From NCBI GenBank assembly GCA_017644045.1, contig JAEPMI010000013.1, positions 327,556 to 391,555 on the forward strand: 64,000 bases of DNA, in the 5' to 3' direction. Within the stretch, counting starts at the first letter, position 1. The number at the start of each line of letters is the position of its first letter. This DNA comes from Deltaproteobacteria bacterium (GTDB lineage Bacteria; Myxococcota_A; Polyangia; Polyangiales; Houyiibacteriaceae). The position numbers and the translations under genes are program-made. Positions 59,030 through 64,000 of the stretch are shown piece after piece. The notes beneath the pieces are model-generated. The model was not told where the DNA came from. It did not search any database and saw only the letters and a list, made by a program, of their open reading frames with translations.

Positions 59030-62000
59030 TTGCCGTACCTGCTCCGTCTCGCCGCCGCCGCGGCCCTCTCGACCTTCGCGCTCTCGGCCGCCGCCGAAGC
59101 CCAGACCACGATCCCGGGCGGCAACCTCGGGCCGGCCACCACCTGGACGCTCGCCGGCAGCCCCTACATCGTGCAGGGCGACGTGACCGTTCCGACGGGA
59201 GCCACGCTCACGATCCAGGCGGGAGCCGAGGTGCGCTTCGCGACGAGCGACCTGCTCGCCAGTGGCCTCGACACCGCTCGGGTCGAGCTCACGGTCGAGG
59301 GCACGCTCAACGTGCAAGGCGACTCGGCGTCTCCCGTGCTGATGCGCGCGAACGGCACGACCACCCCGGGCTCCTGGTACGGCGTCGTGGTCGCGAGCGG
59401 CTCCGCCTCGGCCACCTTCGACCACGTCCAGATGCGGCATGGCCGCTATGGCGTTCGCGCCGATGACGACGTGACCATGAACGACGCCGACCTGCAGGAC
59501 ATCTCCCAGTACGGCGTCTACGTCGAGAGCGGCAGCACCACGCTCACGCGCCTGCGCGCCACTCGGACGCGATACGGCGTCTACGTGACCAGCGCCGGCT
59601 CTGCGGTCCTGGACGAGGCGATCATCTGGGACCAGTCGATCCACTGCATCCAGATCGACCAGAACAGCTCGTCGCCAGCGGACACGCAGATCCTGCAGTC
59701 GACCCTCTACGACTGCAGCTACGGCGTCTACTACAACGCCGCCTCCGGCACGAGCCGGCGCGGCGTGGTCCGCGACAGCATCGCGACCAACAACCGGAGC
59801 TACGGCATTCGGCGTGCGGCGTCCGGCACGTTGGAGGTCACCTACACGAATGCCTGGGGCAACTCGAGCGGCGACCTCAGCGGCACCACGGGCAGCACCG
59901 GCAACATCGACACCAACCCGCTCTACGTGAGCGCGCCGACCGACTTTCGGATCACCTCGCGCTCGCCGGCTCGCCTCGCGGGCTCCACCGGCCAGGACCT
60001 GGGCGCGCTGCCCTACGCCGGCGACCTGACCACGGCACTCACCGGGGCCCTCTACTCCGACCTCACCCTCGCCGCCGGCACACACACGGTCACGGGCGAC
60101 CTCATCGTCCGGCCGGGGGTCACGTTGACCCTCGACCCCGGAGCCCGGCTCCGATTCGCGACGAGCGACCTGATGCAGGCGGGTGTGGACACCAGCCGGG
60201 TGGAGCTCCGCGTCCAGGGCACGCTCTCCGCGACAGGAACGGCGATGGCGCCGGTCGAGCTCGAAGGCGTCTCGACGACGGCGGGCAGCTGGTACGGCGT
60301 GCGGCTGGAGACCGGCGGCACGGCGACGATTCAGAACGCCGACATTCGACACGGGCGCTACGGCCTCCGCCTCGAGGACAGCGCTTCCCACGTGCTGGCG
60401 GGGATCGTCCTGCAGGACATCTCGCAGTACGGCGTCTACGTCGACAGCGGCCTGCACGCGATCGATCGGTTGACGGCGACGCGGACTCGCTACGGCGCGT
60501 ACGTGAGCAGCGCCGGCGCGCTCGAGCTCGACGAGGCGATCATCTGGGACCAGTCGATCCACTGCGTCCAGATCGACCAGAACACCAGCTCGCCGGCGAA
60601 CTCGGTGATCACCCAGTCGACCTTCTACGACTGCAGCTACGGCGTCTATTACAACGCCGCGTCGGGCACGAGCCGCCGCGCGATCGTCACCGACTCCATC
60701 GTCACCAACAACCGGAGCTATGGCATCCGGCGAGCGGCCTCCGGCACGCTCGAGGTCACCTACACCGACGCGTGGGCCAACTCGAGTGGTGACCTGAGCG
60801 GCACGACGGGCGGCACCGGGAACATCGTGAGCAACCCGCTCTACGTGAGCGCTCCGACCAACTTCCGGATCACCTCGCGCTCGCCGGCGCGCAGCGCCGG
60901 ATCGATGGGTCAGGACATGGGCGCGCTCCCCTACATCGACGACCTGACCGCCAACCTGCAGGGATCGCTCTATGAGGATCTCTCGCTGCCTTCCGGTACT
61001 CACACCGTCCAGGGCGACCTGATCGTCGAGACCGGGGTGACCCTCACGCTGGAGCCCGGTGCGCGCCTGCGCTTCGCGACCAGCGACGGGATGCAGGCCG
61101 GCGCCGACACCTCCCGCGTCGAGCTGATCGTTCGCGGTACGTTGAACGCCACGGGGACCACGGCGAACCCGGTGCGGCTCGAAGGCGTGTCCACCACGCC
61201 GGGAAGCTGGTATGGCGTCCGCTTCGAGCTCGACGCGACCATGACACTGCAGAACGCGATCGTGGAGCACGGGCGCTATGGCCTGCGCCTCGAGGACGTC
61301 GGCACCCACACGCTGAACCGCATCCAGCTCGAGGACATCTCCCAGTACGGCATCTACGTGGACCGCGGCAGCTTTCAGCTCGACCGCATCACCGCGACGC
61401 GGACGCGCTACGGCCTCTACGTGACCAGCGCCGCGTCGGTACAGCTCACCAACGCGCTCATCCACGACCAGTCGATTCACTGCGTGCAGGTGGATCAGAA
61501 CAGCTCGTCGCCGGCGGACACCGTCCTGGAGCACGTGACCTTCTACGACTGCTCCTACGGCGTCTACTACAACGCCGCGAGCGGCACCTCGCGGCGAACC
61601 GTGGTGCGCAGCTCGCTGGCGACCAACAACCGCAGCTATGGCATCCGGCGGGCCGCATCCGGCACGCTCGAGGTCACCTACACGAACGCCTGGGGCAACT
61701 CGAGCGGCAACCTCAGCGGCACGACCGGCGGTACCGGCAACCTCTCGGCGAACCCGCTCTACGTCGCTCCGGGCAGCGACTTCCATCTGACCATGACCAG
61801 CGTCTCGGTCGACGCGGGTGACCCCGGCGGGAGCGCGACGGTCGACCTCGAGGGCACGGCCCGCCCGCTCGACGGCAACGGGCTCGGCGGGGCCGAGCCG
61901 GACCAGGGCGCCTACGAGTACGTGGCGATGGTCATGTGCGGCAACGGTGTGACCGAGGCCGGCGAGAGCTGCGACGACGGCGCCGCCAACGGCAGCTACG

Positions 62001-63304
62001 GGGCGTGCGCGTCCGATTGCTCTGGACCGGGGCCCTTCTGCGGTGACGGAACGATGAACGGGCCCGAGGGCTGCGATGACGGCAACATGTCGAACACCGA
62101 CGGCTGCCTCAACGACTGCACCACGGCGACCTGCGGCGACGGCTTCATCCGCGCCGGCATGGAGCAGTGCGACGACGGCAACGCCTCGACGACCGACGGC
62201 TGCGCGAACTGCATGATGGCGACCTGCGGCGATGGCTTCGTCCGCACCGGGGTCGAGCAGTGCGACGACGGCAACATGTCGACGTCCGACGCCTGCGTGA
62301 TGTGCATGAACGCGACCTGCGGCGACGGCTTCGTCCAGACCGGTGTGGAGCAGTGCGACGACGCGAACGCGACCAGCACCGACGCCTGCGTGTCCTGCAT
62401 GAACGCGCGCTGTGGCGATGGTCAGATCTGGGCCGGCATGGAGGTCTGCGACGACGGCAACACCGTGGGCGGCGACGGATGCCCCGCGAACTGCGGCGCC
62501 GCGATGTGCGGTGACGGAGTCGTCGATGGTGACGAGGAGTGCGACGACGGCAACGCCGTCAACGGCGACGCCTGCACCAACGGCTGCGTCGCGGCGCGCT
62601 GCGGCGACGGCATCCTCTACATGGGCATGGAGGACTGCGACGACGGCAACGGCGCCAACACCGACGCGTGCCTCAACGACTGCTCCATGGCGATGTGTGG
62701 TGACGGCTTCGTTCGCGCGGGCGTCGAGACCTGCGACGACGGCAACGACGACGACACCGACGGCTGCACCAACACCTGCACGCTCCGGACCTGCGGCGAT
62801 GGCACGGTGCAGACCGGCGAGGCCTGCGACGACGGCAATGCGTCCGACACCGACGACTGCCTGAGCACCTGCCAGAACGCGAGCTGCGGCGACGGCTTCC
62901 GCCAGGTCGGGGTCGAGGCCTGCGACGACGGCAACGCCTCGGACGCGGACGAGTGTCTGGCCGACTGCCGGAACGCGAGCTGCGGCGACGGCTTCATCTG
63001 GGACGGCGTCGAGGAGTGTGACGACGGCAACGGCGAGGACGGCGACGGCTGCGACGCGGCCTGCATGATCGAAGAGGACATGCCCGACCCCGACGGTGGC
63101 GTGCCCGACGAGGACGGCGGCGTGACGGCCGACGACATGTTCACCGGTGGCAGCGACGGAGGCGTCGGCGTGGACGCCGGCACCGAGGACGGTGGCGACG
63201 GCGGTTGCGGTTGTCGCGTGGCGGGCGAGCCGGTCGAGCGGCCCTTCGCACCCTGGCTCGCGCTCGGTGGGCTCGGCCTGCTCTGGTGGCGCCGCCGCCG
63301 CTGA
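59030..63304 (+). CDS. Giant surface protein: three 306-aa right-handed beta-helix-like modules, 12 TIGR02232-type Cys repeats and a MYXO-CTERM tail
   Basis: Signal peptide LAAAAALSTFALSAAAEAQ. Three collinear modules follow (RFATSD...SWYGV...HGRYG..DISQYG.YV...TRTRYG.YV...DQSIHC.Q.DQN.SSPA...FYDCSYGVYYNAASGTSRR...NNRSYGIRRAASGTLEVTYT.AW.NSSG.LSGTTG). Then come 12 units of CGDGxxxxGxExCDDGN...D.C...C. The C-terminus is GGCGCRVAGEPVERPFAPWLALGGLGLLWWRRRR. Confidence 0.85.
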   Translation: MPYLLRLAAAAALSTFALSAAAEAQTTIPGGNLGPATTWTLAGSPYIVQGDVTVPTGATLTIQAGAEVRFATSDLLASGLDTARVELTVEGTLNVQGDSASPVLMRANGTTTPGSWYGVVVASGSASATFDHVQMRHGRYGVRADDDVTMNDADLQDISQYGVYVESGSTTLTRLRATRTRYGVYVTSAGSAVLDEAIIWDQSIHCIQIDQNSSSPADTQILQSTLYDCSYGVYYNAASGTSRRGVVRDSIATNNRSYGIRRAASGTLEVTYTNAWGNSSGDLSGTTGSTGNIDTNPLYVSAPTDFRITSRSPARLAGSTGQDLGALPYAGDLTTALTGALYSDLTLAAGTHTVTGDLIVRPGVTLTLDPGARLRFATSDLMQAGVDTSRVELRVQGTLSATGTAMAPVELEGVSTTAGSWYGVRLETGGTATIQNADIRHGRYGLRLEDSASHVLAGIVLQDISQYGVYVDSGLHAIDRLTATRTRYGAYVSSAGALELDEAIIWDQSIHCVQIDQNTSSPANSVITQSTFYDCSYGVYYNAASGTSRRAIVTDSIVTNNRSYGIRRAASGTLEVTYTDAWANSSGDLSGTTGGTGNIVSNPLYVSAPTNFRITSRSPARSAGSMGQDMGALPYIDDLTANLQGSLYEDLSLPSGTHTVQGDLIVETGVTLTLEPGARLRFATSDGMQAGADTSRVELIVRGTLNATGTTANPVRLEGVSTTPGSWYGVRFELDATMTLQNAIVEHGRYGLRLEDVGTHTLNRIQLEDISQYGIYVDRGSFQLDRITATRTRYGLYVTSAASVQLTNALIHDQSIHCVQVDQNSSSPADTVLEHVTFYDCSYGVYYNAASGTSRRTVVRSSLATNNRSYGIRRAASGTLEVTYTNAWGNSSGNLSGTTGGTGNLSANPLYVAPGSDFHLTMTSVSVDAGDPGGSATVDLEGTARPLDGNGLGGAEPDQGAYEYVAMVMCGNGVTEAGESCDDGAANGSYGACASDCSGPGPFCGDGTMNGPEGCDDGNMSNTDGCLNDCTTATCGDGFIRAGMEQCDDGNASTTDGCANCMMATCGDGFVRTGVEQCDDGNMSTSDACVMCMNATCGDGFVQTGVEQCDDANATSTDACVSCMNARCGDGQIWAGMEVCDDGNTVGGDGCPANCGAAMCGDGVVDGDEECDDGNAVNGDACTNGCVAARCGDGILYMGMEDCDDGNGANTDACLNDCSMAMCGDGFVRAGVETCDDGNDDDTDGCTNTCTLRTCGDGTVQTGEACDDGNASDTDDCLSTCQNASCGDGFRQVGVEACDDGNASDADECLADCRNASCGDGFIWDGVEECDDGNGEDGDGCDAACMIEEDMPDPDGGVPDEDGGVTADDMFTGGSDGGVGVDAGTEDGGDGGCGCRVAGEPVERPFAPWLALGGLGLLWWRRRR
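59103..61856 (+). repeat. Three tandem 918-bp coding repeats (approximate outer boundaries)
   Basis: Marker strings recur with an exact 918-bp period: c-g-(c/a)-ttcgcg at 59234/60152/61070 and accagtcgat at 59631/60549/61467. Confidence 0.8.
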
Positions 63305-63441
63305 TCGACACGGCGCGCCTGGCGTCAGTCGCGGGCGGAGGGCGGGTCGAGGTCCGTCGGCCGCTCGACGCCGACGACGCGAAGCTCGTCCCCGCCACCG
63401 ACTGGCGCGACGAGCAGGCCCATCACGAGTCCGCCGACCCC

Positions 63442-64000
63442 ATGCGCCGCAAGCCGGCACCCCTGGTCTCGGCCCTCCCTGCCCAGCGCCCGGTCAACTT
63501 CACCTACCAGTACGACTGGCTCGCCAACCAGACCGAGTGGACCGACGACGCCAACGCCTTCTACGAACGCTCCCTCGGCAGCAACATCCTGAACGGCCAC
63601 GAGGCCGGCAAACGCCCGGCCGCGCTCTACTTCGCCGGCAACATCCTGAGCGGCGGCGGCGTCGACCCGATGGTCGACCGCGGCGGCTCGGTCAGCCTCG
63701 AGTACGGCGAGAGCGGCAACGTCCTGAGCATGACGGTCCGTGGCCAGTGCCACGACACCATGCAGCTCTGCGACGACCCTGGCGGTACCGACCCGGACGC
63801 GCGGGACCTCGCGCTTGCCACCGACTGCGCCTGCGACGTCGAGCACCACTACCAGTACCGCTGGGACGAGCTGAACCGGCTCGCCGACGCGCCGCTACGA
63901 CCGCGGCAGCACGCTGACGAACTGGGAGATCCAGGTCCGCCAGACCTACCGCTACGACGGCGCGAACGTCCGCATGATCAAGCAGACGCGCGACCAGATG
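63442..64000 (+). pseudogene. RHS/YD-repeat protein fragment with apparent frameshift near 63888-63895, runs off the window
   Basis: The frame from ATG 63442 reads NFTYQYDWLANQ...SLEYGESGNVLSM...HHYQYRWDELNRLADA. The YD-repeat continuation RRYDRGSTLTNWEIQVRQTYRYDGANVRMIKQ is in the +1 frame. No RHS N-terminal region is visible, and the start is uncertain. Confidence 0.45.

Noticed and set aside
58931-63460. 1509-aa minus-strand ORF covering the whole giant surface-protein gene
   Set aside because: It is the mirror image of the plus-strand gene in very GC-rich DNA. The translation is Ala/Val/Gly/Arg low complexity with no signal peptide or motifs. The plus strand has a signal peptide, periodic domain repeats, Cys repeats and a MYXO-CTERM tail.

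Overview
This is a very GC-rich chromosomal segment with about 57 protein-coding genes. I found no rRNA, tRNA, CRISPR array, integrase or transposase. Several features point to Myxococcota, though I cannot name the species. They are a MYXO-CTERM-type tail (GGCGCRVAG...WWRRRR), TIGR02232-type CGDG..CDDGN cysteine repeats, PEGA repeats, and many lipoproteins with an L-x-A/G-C-G-D-D-D lipobox. Recognisable housekeeping genes include an RluA-family pseudouridine synthase, SlyD, MutY, an MsbA-like ABC exporter, a dipeptide epimerase, a TlpA-like thioredoxin, an M14 carboxypeptidase, two histidine kinases and an ECF sigma factor. These are interleaved with a dense set of exported and cysteine-rich proteins. 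The best candidates for something undescribed are: (1) a tightly packed minus-strand cluster (43.7-51.7 kb) around a RavA-like AAA+ ATPase, with two partner proteins I cannot assign to any family, an OmpA-like envelope protein and a hybrid kinase, while the only vWA protein lies 5 kb away; (2) a 641-aa lipoprotein made almost entirely of CGxxGxxCC repeats, just upstream of a TonB-C::TonB-dependent-receptor fusion, a PHP-like lipoprotein and a STAND regulator; (3) a 1424-aa beta-helix, Cys-repeat, MYXO-CTERM protein containing three exact-period 918-bp tandem repeats, followed by a frameshifted RHS fragment; (4) a lipoprotein ending in a Hint (intein/hedgehog-like) domain; (5) an esterase-D-like fold whose two halves appear in permuted order. 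Smaller observations are probable non-canonical ATT and CTG start codons, a nested perfect palindrome, a repeated intergenic element and a (GAC)11 microsatellite encoding a poly-Asp kinase tail. All calls rest on motif reading of the supplied ORF translations and the printed sequence, with no database search. Internal start coordinates were derived by counting residues back from the stop codons in the ORF track.
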